Source of the DNA: Rhodospirillales bacterium
Lineage (GTDB): Bacteria; Pseudomonadota; Alphaproteobacteria; Rhodospirillales; Casp-alpha2
Reading direction: 5' to 3'
Length of the DNA stretch: 64,000 nucleotides
Assembly: GCA_036393575.1 (NCBI GenBank)
Contig: DASWGT010000086.1
Location: forward strand, 3,141 to 67,140
The notes under the pieces are model-generated. The model was not told where the DNA came from. It worked only from the letters and a program-made list of their open reading frames with translations, and made no database searches. Shown here in pieces: positions 26,903-34,953 of the stretch; position 1 is the stretch's first letter, and the number at the start of each line of letters is the position of its first letter. The position numbers and the translations under genes are program-made.

Positions 26903-27900
26903 CCATGCAGGCGGTCCAAATCCGGGAATACGGCGGCTCCGCGCAACTGGTCCTCGCCGAAGTGCCGGTGCCGAAGCCGGGCAAGGGCGAGGCGCTGGTC
27001 GAGATCAGCCACGCCGGCGTCAACTTCATCGACGTCTACATGCGCCAGGGCGTCTACCGGAACTCCGAGACCTACCGCAACGAGCCGCCGTTCACCCCCG
27101 GCATGGAAGGCGGCGGCATCGTCGCCGACGTCGGCCCCGGCGTGCATGGGCTCAATGTCGGCGACCGCGTTGCCTACTGCTTGGTGCTCGGCAGCTACGC
27201 CCGCTACGCGGCCGTGCCTGCCTGGCGGCTGGCCAAGGTTCCCGACGACGTGCTGATGCCGGTGGCGGTGACGCTGATGCTGCAAGGCTCGACCGCCCAT
27301 TACTTGAGCCAATCCCTGTTCGACCTGCGAGCGGGGATGACTTGCCTGGTGCACGCCGGCGCCGGTGGCGTCGGCCAGCTCCTCACCCAGATCGCCCGGA
27401 TGAAAGGGGCGCGCGTGATCTCGACCGTCGGCTCGGCCGAAAAGGCGGCGATTTCGCGGGCGCTCGGTGCCGAGCCGATTCTCTATCGCGATGAGGACTT
27501 CGCGGCGCGCGTCCTCGAAATGACCGCGGGCGATGGTGTCCACGTGGTCTACGACGGCGTCGGCCAGGCCACCTTCACGGGCTCGCTGAAGGCCCTTCGC
27601 CGGCGCGGCACGCTCGCCTTGTTCGGCGGCGCCTCGGGGGCGGTGAAATCGGTCAACCCGCTGGATCTGGCCGAGGCCGGCTCGGTGTTCCTGACCCGGC
27701 CGCACCTGTGGGACTACACGGCGACGGCGGAAGAGATCGACCGCCGCGCCGGCGACCTGTTCAAATGGGTCGCCGAAGGCAGGCTGAAGGTCACCATCGA
27801 CCGCGAGTTCCCGCTCGGCATGGCCAAGGCCGCCCACGACGTTCTCGAAAGCCGGCAAAGCAAGGGCAAGATCATCCTCAACGTCGAGGAAACGGCCTAA
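26899..27900 (+). CDS. quinone oxidoreductase-like medium-chain dehydrogenase/reductase (zinc-free MDR)
   Basis: 333 aa with an ATGA overlap. The pattern is Qor-like: [24 protein letters not shown], with the nucleotide-binding motif [11 protein letters not shown]. Confidence 0.85.
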   Translation: MTMQAVQIREYGGSAQLVLAEVPVPKPGKGEALVEISHAGVNFIDVYMRQGVYRNSETYRNEPPFTPGMEGGGIVADVGPGVHGLNVGDRVAYCLVLGSYARYAAVPAWRLAKVPDDVLMPVAVTLMLQGSTAHYLSQSLFDLRAGMTCLVHAGAGGVGQLLTQIARMKGARVISTVGSAEKAAISRALGAEPILYRDEDFAARVLEMTAGDGVHVVYDGVGQATFTGSLKALRRRGTLALFGGASGAVKSVNPLDLAEAGSVFLTRPHLWDYTATAEEIDRRAGDLFKWVAEGRLKVTIDREFPLGMAKAAHDVLESRQSKGKIILNVEETA

Positions 27901-29222
27901 AGTCCCGAAATCAGCACCCAGGCGATCGCCAATGGCGCCACGTAGCGGCAGATGACGCGCCACGCCGGCGCCAGACGGAACAACTTGCCGTCCCGGTGCG
28001 CCGTCTCGGCCATGATCCGCGGGCTGACCACCCAGCCGACGAACAGCGCGATCAGGACGCCGCCCAGCAGCAGCATGACGTTGGAGGCGGCGTAGTCCAT
28101 CAGCTCGAAGAACCCTTTGCCGAACAGCTTCAATTCCTCCCACGCGCCGAACGACAGCGACGATGGGACGCCCAGGAGGAAGATCGCCGCGCCGGCCCAA
28201 TACGCCGCCTTCGCCCGCGTCCAGCCCTTCTCGTCGACCAGGAAGGCGACGACCACCTCCAGCAGCGAGAACGCCGACGTCAACGCCGCCACCGCCAGCA
28301 GCACGAAGAACAGCGTCCCGAAGCCGGCGCCCCACGGCATCTTGGCGAACACCGCCGGCAGCGTGATGAAGCTGAGGCCTGGCCCGGCGCCGGGATCGAA
28401 GCCGAAGGCGAACACCGCCGGCAGGATCATGAACCCGGCCAGGATCGCGATCAGGGTGTCGAGCGACGTCACCCACAGAGCTGAGCCGGCCAGATGCGTC
28501 TGCCGCGACAGGTAGGATCCGAGCGTGATCATCGAGCCCATGCCGAGCGACAGCGAGAAGAACGCCTGGCCGAGCGCCGCCGTCACCATCGCCCCGGTGA
28601 GCTTGGAAAAATCGGGATTGAGGAAGAACTTGATGCCGGCCATGGCGCCCAGCAGGGTCAGCGAGCGCGCGCACAGAACGACGACGATCACGAACAACAG
28701 CGGCATCAGCAGCCGGCACGCGCGCTCGATACCCCGCGCCACGATGGCGATCGTCATTGCCATGAACGCGAGGTGATACAGAATCGGCTGCAGCGGGTCG
28801 GCGACGAAGGCCCCGAACGCGCCGCCGAACGCCTTGGCGTCCGCCAGGCTCAGCATGCCGGCCGCGGTCTTCACCGCGTAGGCGATGGTCCAGCCGCCGA
28901 CGACGCTGTAAAACGACAGGATGACGCAGCTGCCGACGACGCCCAAGTAGCCGACGCCGGTCCAAGCGCCGCCCTTCAGATGCTTGAAGGCGCCGACCGG
29001 GTTTTTCTCGCCGGCGCGACCGATGGCGAATTCGGCCAGCATGACGCTGATGCCGATGGTGAACACGAATCCTAGATAGACGATCAGAAACACGGCGCCG
29101 CCGTGGGCGCCCGCCAGGTACGGGAACTTCCAGACGTTGCCGAGCCCGACGGCGGAACCGGCCGCCGCCAGGATGAACCCCAGCCTCGATGCGAAACTGC
29201 CGCGCCCGCCGGCCATCGCCAT
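27897..29222 (-). CDS. sodium-dependent transporter, neurotransmitter:sodium symporter (NSS/SNF) family
   Basis: 441 aa. The NSS signature is [27 protein letters not shown]. It has about 11-12 TM segments. It is convergent with the MDR gene and overlaps it by 4 nt. Confidence 0.9.
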   Translation of the reverse strand: MAMAGGRGSFASRLGFILAAAGSAVGLGNVWKFPYLAGAHGGAVFLIVYLGFVFTIGISVMLAEFAIGRAGEKNPVGAFKHLKGGAWTGVGYLGVVGSCVILSFYSVVGGWTIAYAVKTAAGMLSLADAKAFGGAFGAFVADPLQPILYHLAFMAMTIAIVARGIERACRLLMPLLFVIVVVLCARSLTLLGAMAGIKFFLNPDFSKLTGAMVTAALGQAFFSLSLGMGSMITLGSYLSRQTHLAGSALWVTSLDTLIAILAGFMILPAVFAFGFDPGAGPGLSFITLPAVFAKMPWGAGFGTLFFVLLAVAALTSAFSLLEVVVAFLVDEKGWTRAKAAYWAGAAIFLLGVPSSLSFGAWEELKLFGKGFFELMDYAASNVMLLLGGVLIALFVGWVVSPRIMAETAHRDGKLFRLAPAWRVICRYVAPLAIAWVLISGL

Positions 29223-29243
29223 TGCCTCCTCGGAATCAGAGAA

Positions 29244-29999
29244 TCAGGAGAATACGGCGCGCCTGATAAGGTTCAAACCGATGATGACGAGGGCCGCCAG
29301 CATCACCTTGCGGAAGGTCTCCTGCGGGATTCGATCGCGGACCAGCTCGCCGATCCAGATGCCGATCATGCCGGGGATGCAGGCATAGGCAGACAGCGGC
29401 GCCGTCGTGGCATTCAACACCCCGTTCTGCCAATAGGCGATGGTCAGCGGGATGGCGCCGGCGAACCAGATCAGCCCAACGGTGCGGATCCAGGTGTCCT
29501 TGTCCAGCTTCAGCATCACCAGATACATCATCATCGGCGGCCCCCAGATGGTGGAAAGGCCGCCGAGAATTCCCCCGAGCCCGCCGGCCAGCGGCCCCGC
29601 CCATCGCTCGGCCGAAGGGTTGAGCGGATGCACCCTGGGCCGGATCAGGTTCGAGGCCGAGAACACGACGACGCAAACGCCGAGTACCGCGAACAGGACG
29701 TTGGTGTCGAGCGCCACCACCAGCCGCGCGCCGATGAACAGGCAGACCAGGAAGGTCAGCGTCATCAGCCAGAACCTTCTCAGCGGCTGCATGATGTTGC
29801 CGGCGCGCGCCGCCTGCCACAGATTGGTGACCAGGATCGGCAACACTAGGATCGCCAGCGTCACCTTCGGATCGACGAAGTTGAGGATGAACGCCATGGC
29901 GACGATGGGAAGCCCGATGCCGGTGATGCCCTTGACGGTGCCGCCAAGAACCATCGACAAGGTGATGACGATGAAAGTGAGCGCGTCGTAGCCGAACAT
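29244..29999 (-). CDS. TauE/SafE (DUF81) family anion permease
   Basis: A 251-aa polytopic membrane protein with a two-fold internal repeat: GGTVKGITGIGLPIV near the N-terminus and GGLSTIWGPP in the second half. Confidence 0.8.
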   Translation of the reverse strand: MFGYDALTFIVITLSMVLGGTVKGITGIGLPIVAMAFILNFVDPKVTLAILVLPILVTNLWQAARAGNIMQPLRRFWLMTLTFLVCLFIGARLVVALDTNVLFAVLGVCVVVFSASNLIRPRVHPLNPSAERWAGPLAGGLGGILGGLSTIWGPPMMMYLVMLKLDKDTWIRTVGLIWFAGAIPLTIAYWQNGVLNATTAPLSAYACIPGMIGIWIGELVRDRIPQETFRKVMLAALVIIGLNLIRRAVFS

Positions 30000-30005
30000 G
30001 CCGAG

Positions 30006-31094
30006 TCAGGCCCCGACCTGTTCGGCGGTGAAGCGATGGCTATCGGCGGCGAGCCGGGCGAGCGCGGCGTCGTCGATCAACGCCGGGAGGCCTGCTTTCA
30101 CCACCATCGCGCCCCGCTCGACCCCGATCGGGTTCCTGAATACCCGCGCCTTCGGCTTCAGGAACCCGTTCATCTCGCCCGCGTTATCGATCAGGGTACG
30201 GGCGACACACGCCTCCATCCAGCAGCCGATGTCGCTGGCGACGCCGTTGCCGAGCACCGGCGTCATGCCGCGCTCGCGGATCAGCCGGAGGCCGGCGGCG
30301 AGCGAGTCCAAGCCGCCCGCCTTCATCAGCTTGAGCTTGATGAATTTGGCGCAGCCGAGATCGGCGGCGCGCTTGATGTCGTCGGGACCGAAGATCGATT
30401 CGTCCATCATCATCGGCACCGTCGAAACCTTGGCGACGGCTTCCGCGGCCTTCCAGTCGCCGGCGTCGCACGGCTGCTCGAACAGCTCGATATTGTCGGG
30501 CTTGAGCGCGCCGGCGAAGCGAACGGCGTCGTCCTGCCCGAAGCCCTGGTTGCCGTCGATGCGGATGCGCGCCCGCCCGGCGAGCGCGTCCTGAATGAAG
30601 CGGACACGCCGGGCATCGGCGTTGGCGTCGAAGCCGACCTTGACCTTCAGGGTCCGATAGCCTTCGGCCAGCCGCGCCTCGATCTCGGCGGCGATTTCCT
30701 TCTCCTCGGTCTCGTTGAGGATGGCGAGCAGCGGCACCCGCGCCGGCTCGCGCACTTCCAGGAGCGGGTTGCCCTCCAGCATCTCGGCCGCCGTCATCAG
30801 GGCGGTGGCCATGAATGGCTGGTGGTGCGCGACGAGCCCAATCAGGTCCTTGGCGTCCGGCGTTTCCATTCCCGCTACGCGACGGGCCAATTGAGCGGCG
30901 GCGGGCCAGCTCTCGGCGATGGTTTCCGGCGTGTAGCCGGTGAGGATGGTGGCCTCGCCGAAGCCGCGCCGGCCGTCGCTATCCTCCGCCACCGCCAGGA
31001 TGGTGTCGAACGCCGTCACCTCGCCGAGCGCCAGGTGATAGGGACGATGCAGCGGCAGTTCGAGGCGGTACAGGGTGATGGAGGCAATGCGCAT
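30006..31094 (-). CDS. enolase-superfamily enzyme, mandelate racemase/muconate lactonizing (MLE/dipeptide-epimerase-like) subgroup
   Basis: 362 aa from ATG 31094. It has the KxK motif (LKVKVG), metal ligands in RIDGNQGF, LFEQP and MMDES, and a second catalytic Lys region KLKLMKAGG. Confidence 0.85.
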   Translation of the reverse strand: MRIASITLYRLELPLHRPYHLALGEVTAFDTILAVAEDSDGRRGFGEATILTGYTPETIAESWPAAAQLARRVAGMETPDAKDLIGLVAHHQPFMATALMTAAEMLEGNPLLEVREPARVPLLAILNETEEKEIAAEIEARLAEGYRTLKVKVGFDANADARRVRFIQDALAGRARIRIDGNQGFGQDDAVRFAGALKPDNIELFEQPCDAGDWKAAEAVAKVSTVPMMMDESIFGPDDIKRAADLGCAKFIKLKLMKAGGLDSLAAGLRLIRERGMTPVLGNGVASDIGCWMEACVARTLIDNAGEMNGFLKPKARVFRNPIGVERGAMVVKAGLPALIDDAALARLAADSHRFTAEQVGA

Positions 31095-31240
31095 GGATCG
31101 GACGTGGCTGGGCTCCCCGGGGCTTTGTCCGGGTCGTTGTTTGCCCCGATCATACTCGCCTAGAGCGGCCCCGAACACCGCAAATCCCGGCCCCGCTGCC
31201 CGGCTGGCATCACCACTTAAACCGCTTATACTCGCCAGCC

Positions 31241-31969
31241 ATGGCCGGGACAGCTTCCGAGACCCTTTCCGTTTCGATCTGGCGCGGCGGCGCCGCCGGC
31301 CGGTTCGTCGCCTACCAGGTACCGCGTCGCGAGAGCCAGACCGTCCTCGATGTGGTCACCTTCGTGCAGCGCCGGCTCGATGCGAGCCTTAGTTACCGCT
31401 TCGCCTGCCGGGTCGGCATGTGTGGCAGTTGCGCGATGACGGTCAACGGCAAGCCGCGTTGGACCTGCCGCACCCACGTTTCGAAGGTCGCCAAGGACGG
31501 CCGGCTGGAGATCGCGCCCTTGCGCAACCTGCCGGTGGTCAAGGACCTGTCGGTGGACATGCGGACGTTCTTCGACAAGTGGACGGAAGCCGGCGGCGCG
31601 TTTGCGCCGACGGCGACCCGCGCCGACGGATTTGCCACGATCCCGCCCACCGACGCGAAGCGCCGCAACGCCGACGGCGGCATCGAGTGCATCGGCTGCG
31701 GCGTGTGCTATTCGGCCTGCGACGTGGTGGCGTGGAATCCGAAATACCTCGGGCCGGCCGCCCTCAACCGCGCATGGACGCTGGTCAACGACGCCCGCGA
31801 TGGCGCCGGCGCGGGAAGGCTGCTGAAGGTAGCCGGCGACGCCGGCTGCCACGCTTGCCATTCCCACGAGGCGTGCCGCGAGCATTGCCCGAAGCATCTC
31901 AACCCAACCGCCGCCATCGCCTCCCTCAAACGCGCCGTCGCCGTCGCCGCGCTGAAGGGAAGCCTGTGA
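31241..31969 (+). CDS. succinate dehydrogenase/fumarate reductase iron-sulfur subunit-like protein
   Basis: 242 aa. The cluster motifs are the 2Fe-2S motif CRVGMCGSCAM, the 4Fe-4S motif CIGCGVCYSAC, and the third-cluster motif CHACHSHEACREHCPKHLNP (compare CPKGLNP in SdhB). Confidence 0.85.
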   Translation: MAGTASETLSVSIWRGGAAGRFVAYQVPRRESQTVLDVVTFVQRRLDASLSYRFACRVGMCGSCAMTVNGKPRWTCRTHVSKVAKDGRLEIAPLRNLPVVKDLSVDMRTFFDKWTEAGGAFAPTATRADGFATIPPTDAKRRNADGGIECIGCGVCYSACDVVAWNPKYLGPAALNRAWTLVNDARDGAGAGRLLKVAGDAGCHACHSHEACREHCPKHLNPTAAIASLKRAVAVAALKGSL

Positions 31970-32319
31970 GCGCCGCCCGCGTCGAGACCTGGCTGTGGCT
32001 CGCTCAACGCGGCAGTGCCGCGGTGCTCGCTGTCGCCGTCGCCGTCCACCTCGCCGGCATCATCTTTGCGGTGCAGGGCGGGCTGACGGCTGCCGAGATC
32101 GCCGGTCGCGTCGGCGGCAGCACGGCGTGGGCGGCGTTCTACGGCGTGTTCGTCGTCGCCGCCACCGTGCACGCGCCGATCGGCATCCGCACGGTGCTCT
32201 CGGAAATGACCGCGTTGCCGCCGTTTTCGGTCAATGCCGTCGCGGCGCTGTTCGCGGCGATGCTGCTGGTTTCGGGCTTCATCGCCGTCGCCGCCGTCTA
32301 CCAGCTGGGGGCGGCATGA
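31966..32319 (+). CDS. small membrane anchor subunit (SdhD-like) of the Sdh-like complex
   Basis: 117 aa with a GTG start overlapping the upstream stop (GTGA). It has three hydrophobic helices with His residues (AVHLAGIIF, TVHAPIG). Confidence 0.6.
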   Translation: MSAARVETWLWLAQRGSAAVLAVAVAVHLAGIIFAVQGGLTAAEIAGRVGGSTAWAAFYGVFVVAATVHAPIGIRTVLSEMTALPPFSVNAVAALFAAMLLVSGFIAVAAVYQLGAA

Positions 32320-32660
32320 GGGCGGCGGCGCACCGCAACCACGCGGCGTGGTGGGCGTTCGCGCTGCACCGGCTGTCGGGCGTGCTACTGGCGCTGTTTT
32401 TGCCGGTGCATTTCTACGTGCTGGCGTCCGCCATCGACGGCGCCGCCCGCCTCGACGGCTTTTTGCGCTGGACCGAGCAGCCGCCGGTCAAATTCGCGGA
32501 AGCCGCGCTGATCCTGCTTTTGGCGGCGCACCTGACCGGCGGGCTGCGATTGCTCTTTCTCGAGTTCGTCGGCTGGCGCGACGGCCAGAAGTCCCTGGTC
32601 GCCGTCGCCTCCGGCGTCGCCGTCGCCCTGGCGCTGCTGTTCCTGGTCAATGCCGCCTGA
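32316..32660 (+). CDS. membrane anchor/cytochrome b-like subunit (SdhC-like)
   Basis: 114 aa with an ATGA overlap. It has an SdhC-like HRxSG motif (ALHRLSGVLLALFLPVHF) and three TM helices. Confidence 0.65.
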   Translation: MRAAAHRNHAAWWAFALHRLSGVLLALFLPVHFYVLASAIDGAARLDGFLRWTEQPPVKFAEAALILLLAAHLTGGLRLLFLEFVGWRDGQKSLVAVASGVAVALALLFLVNAA

Positions 32661-33393
32661 GGTTCCCGTAATTCTAGCCGGTGCTTTCGTCGCCGCCTTC
32701 GCCGTCGGCGCCGTCGGCTTCGGCGACGCCCTGATCGTCGCCGCCATCTGGCTGTTCGTGCTGGAGCCGGCTGTCGCCGTGCCGCTGATGGTGATGTGCG
32801 GGGTTTTGCTCTACGCCGTCACCCTGGCGCGGATGCGCCGTCGCCTCGATTTTTCCGCCGTCATGCCCTTCGTGATCGGCGGTGCCCTCGGGGTGCCGGG
32901 CGGCGCCTGGCTGCTGGCGATGGCCGATGCGACGCTGTTCCGCCTCGGCGTCGGCACTTTCCTGGTCGTCTATGCGGGCGTGTTCCTCCTGGTGCGTGCG
33001 ATGCCGCAGGTGACGATGGGCGGGCGGACCGCCGACGGCGCCGTCGGTGTCGTCGGCGGCATACTGGTCGGCCTAGCCGGTTTTGGCGCCGTGGCGCCGG
33101 CGATCTGGAGTGGACTGCGTGGATGGCCCATGGACCGCCAGCGCGGCGCGTTCCAGACCTTCGGGCTTGCCATCGACGTCGTGGCGCTCGCCTGGTTTCT
33201 GGGCAACAGCATGATCGCGCCGGCGGTCGGCGTTTATTTTCTATGGTGCGTTCCGGCGACGCTGATCGGCGCCGGGCTGGGCATATGGTTCTACGGCCGC
33301 CTCGATGAGCGCCTGTTCCGCCGCATGGTGCTCGGGTTTTTGCTGGTGTCGGGGGTGCTGATGCTGATTGAGGTGGGCGGCGGGTTCCGCTGA
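32650..33393 (+). CDS. TauE/SafE (DUF81) family anion permease
   Basis: A 247-aa polytopic membrane protein. Its start overlaps the preceding anchor gene by 11 nt. It is distantly paralogous to 29244-29999. Confidence 0.8.
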   Translation: MPPEVPVILAGAFVAAFAVGAVGFGDALIVAAIWLFVLEPAVAVPLMVMCGVLLYAVTLARMRRRLDFSAVMPFVIGGALGVPGGAWLLAMADATLFRLGVGTFLVVYAGVFLLVRAMPQVTMGGRTADGAVGVVGGILVGLAGFGAVAPAIWSGLRGWPMDRQRGAFQTFGLAIDVVALAWFLGNSMIAPAVGVYFLWCVPATLIGAGLGIWFYGRLDERLFRRMVLGFLLVSGVLMLIEVGGGFR

Positions 33394-33461
33394 CCTGAGG
33401 CCTGGAAGCCGTTGGCATTGGCGACGGCGGTGCTTATCTTGTAGGGACAGGGAAGGATGCC

Positions 33462-34337
33462 ATGAAGATCGACCTCCATGCGATCGAGGAGACCGCGAAG
33501 CTCCTCTACATCCGGGCGCTGAAAATGCTGCCGGACGACATCAAGTCTGGCTTCCGGCGCCTCGACCTGGGCGAGACGGATTTAACCGGCAAGTCCATCC
33601 TCGCCACCATGATCAAGAACATCGAGGTCGCCGAAAAGACCGACAACCTGCTGTGCCAGGACACCGGCATCCCGATCTATAACGTCACCATCGGCCGCGG
33701 CGTCGAGGTCGATGGCGTGGATTTGAAGGAGGCCATCCGCCGTGGCTGCGCGCGCGCCACCCGCGAGCACCCGCTGCGGTCGTCGGTGGTGCACCCGGTG
33801 ACCCGCAAGAACGAGAAGGACAACTGCGGCCGGCGCGTGCCGGTGATCACCGTCGATTTCTCGGAGACGCCCAACGAGCTGGTGATCGAGATGATCCCCA
33901 AGGGGTCGGGCTCCGAGAATGGCTCGTTCCTGAAAATGTGCATCCCCGCCGACGGGGTCGCCGGCATCAAGACCTTCGTCGTCGACAAGGTGATGGAAGC
34001 CGGCGGCAAGGTCTGCCCGCCGACCATCGTCGGCGTCGGCGTCGGCGGCACCTCGGATTTGTGCGCACATCTCGCCAAGATGGCGGCGACGCGGCCGCTC
34101 GGCTCCGCCTGCGACGACCCGGAAGGGGCGAAGCTGGAGAAGGAATTGACCGAGGCGGTCAACAGCCTCGGCATCGGCCCGCAGGGACTCGGCGGCGATT
34201 CGACGGCGTTCGCGGTGCACGTCGAGACGGCGGCGACCCACATCACCATGAACCCGGTCGCCGTCAACATCCAGTGCCACTCCGCCCGTCGCGCGCGGGC
34301 AACCTTCACGCCCAAGGGCGTCGAGCTCGGGTTCTAG
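33462..34337 (+). CDS. Fe-S type hydro-lyase alpha subunit (class I fumarase / tartrate dehydratase / mesaconase family)
   Basis: 291 aa. The family motif is LCQDTGIPIYNV, with the later GVGVGGTSD. It is the two-gene form of the tartrate/fumarate hydro-lyase family. Confidence 0.85.
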   Translation: MKIDLHAIEETAKLLYIRALKMLPDDIKSGFRRLDLGETDLTGKSILATMIKNIEVAEKTDNLLCQDTGIPIYNVTIGRGVEVDGVDLKEAIRRGCARATREHPLRSSVVHPVTRKNEKDNCGRRVPVITVDFSETPNELVIEMIPKGSGSENGSFLKMCIPADGVAGIKTFVVDKVMEAGGKVCPPTIVGVGVGGTSDLCAHLAKMAATRPLGSACDDPEGAKLEKELTEAVNSLGIGPQGLGGDSTAFAVHVETAATHITMNPVAVNIQCHSARRARATFTPKGVELGF

Positions 34338-34341
34338 CGCG

Positions 34342-34953
34342 ATGACGAGCCACGACATCCGGCTTTCGGTCAGCGACGCCGAGGTGCGCAAGCTGCGCGT
34401 TGGCGACCACGTCACCTTGCAGGAAACGTTGTTCGGGCTCCGCGACGCCACGCTCATCCACATGTTCGACAAGGGCCGCAAGACCCGGTTCGACCTCCGC
34501 GGCCACGCCGTCATCCACACCGCCCCGAATGTCAAGAAGGTGCCGGTCTCCAACGAGTGCCCGGCTGGCTACCAGTCCATCTGCATCGGCACCACCACCT
34601 CTGCGCGGATGGAGCGCTTCACCCGACCGCTGATGGCCGAGTACGGCGTCCGCGTCATCATCGGCAAGGGCGGACTGGGGCCCGAGAGCGCGCAGGCGTT
34701 CCAAGATTTCGGCGGCGTTTATCTCGCCATCATTGGCGGCACGGCGGCGCTTGAAACCACCTGGATCGAGCGCATCCTCGACGTCGACATGGACGACCTC
34801 AACCCCGAGAGCCTTTGGCAGTTCCGCGTCAAGGACTTCGGCCCGCTGCTGGTGGCGATGGATTCCCTTGGGCAAAGCCTCTACGACGCCGTCGGTGCCC
34901 GCGCCCGCGACCGCCGCGCCGAGGCGCTCGCCCGCATGGGCGTCGAGAGTTGA
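34342..34953 (+). CDS. Fe-S type hydro-lyase beta subunit (FumA C-terminal domain / TtdB-like)
   Basis: 203 aa, starting 4 nt after the alpha subunit gene. Motifs are GTTTSARME and IIGKGGLG, typical of the beta/C-terminal domain. Confidence 0.85.
   Translation: MTSHDIRLSVSDAEVRKLRVGDHVTLQETLFGLRDATLIHMFDKGRKTRFDLRGHAVIHTAPNVKKVPVSNECPAGYQSICIGTTTSARMERFTRPLMAEYGVRVIIGKGGLGPESAQAFQDFGGVYLAIIGGTAALETTWIERILDVDMDDLNPESLWQFRVKDFGPLLVAMDSLGQSLYDAVGARARDRRAEALARMGVES

Noticed and set aside
26533-28965. An 810-aa minus-strand ORF, and similar very long ORFs in the track: 7974-10097(-), 40340-42178(-), 18559-20103(-), 2037-3491(-), 45783-47345(+), 48399-50162(+), 36521-38116(-), 36844-38478(+), 52318-54261(+, 5' part), 52888-54138(-).
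   Set aside because: They lie antisense or out of frame to genes with clear family motifs. Their translations are low-complexity Arg/Gly/Ala/Pro/His-rich strings with no recognisable motifs, as expected for open alternate frames in GC-rich DNA.
30006-31094. The enolase-superfamily gene as the missing methylaspartate ammonia-lyase for the glutamate mutase pathway.
   Set aside because: Methylaspartase is an enolase-superfamily member, but this 362-aa protein has the KxK plus second-Lys layout and the length of the MLE/dipeptide-epimerase subgroup. It shows no resemblance to the roughly 410-aa methylaspartase sequence as I remember it.
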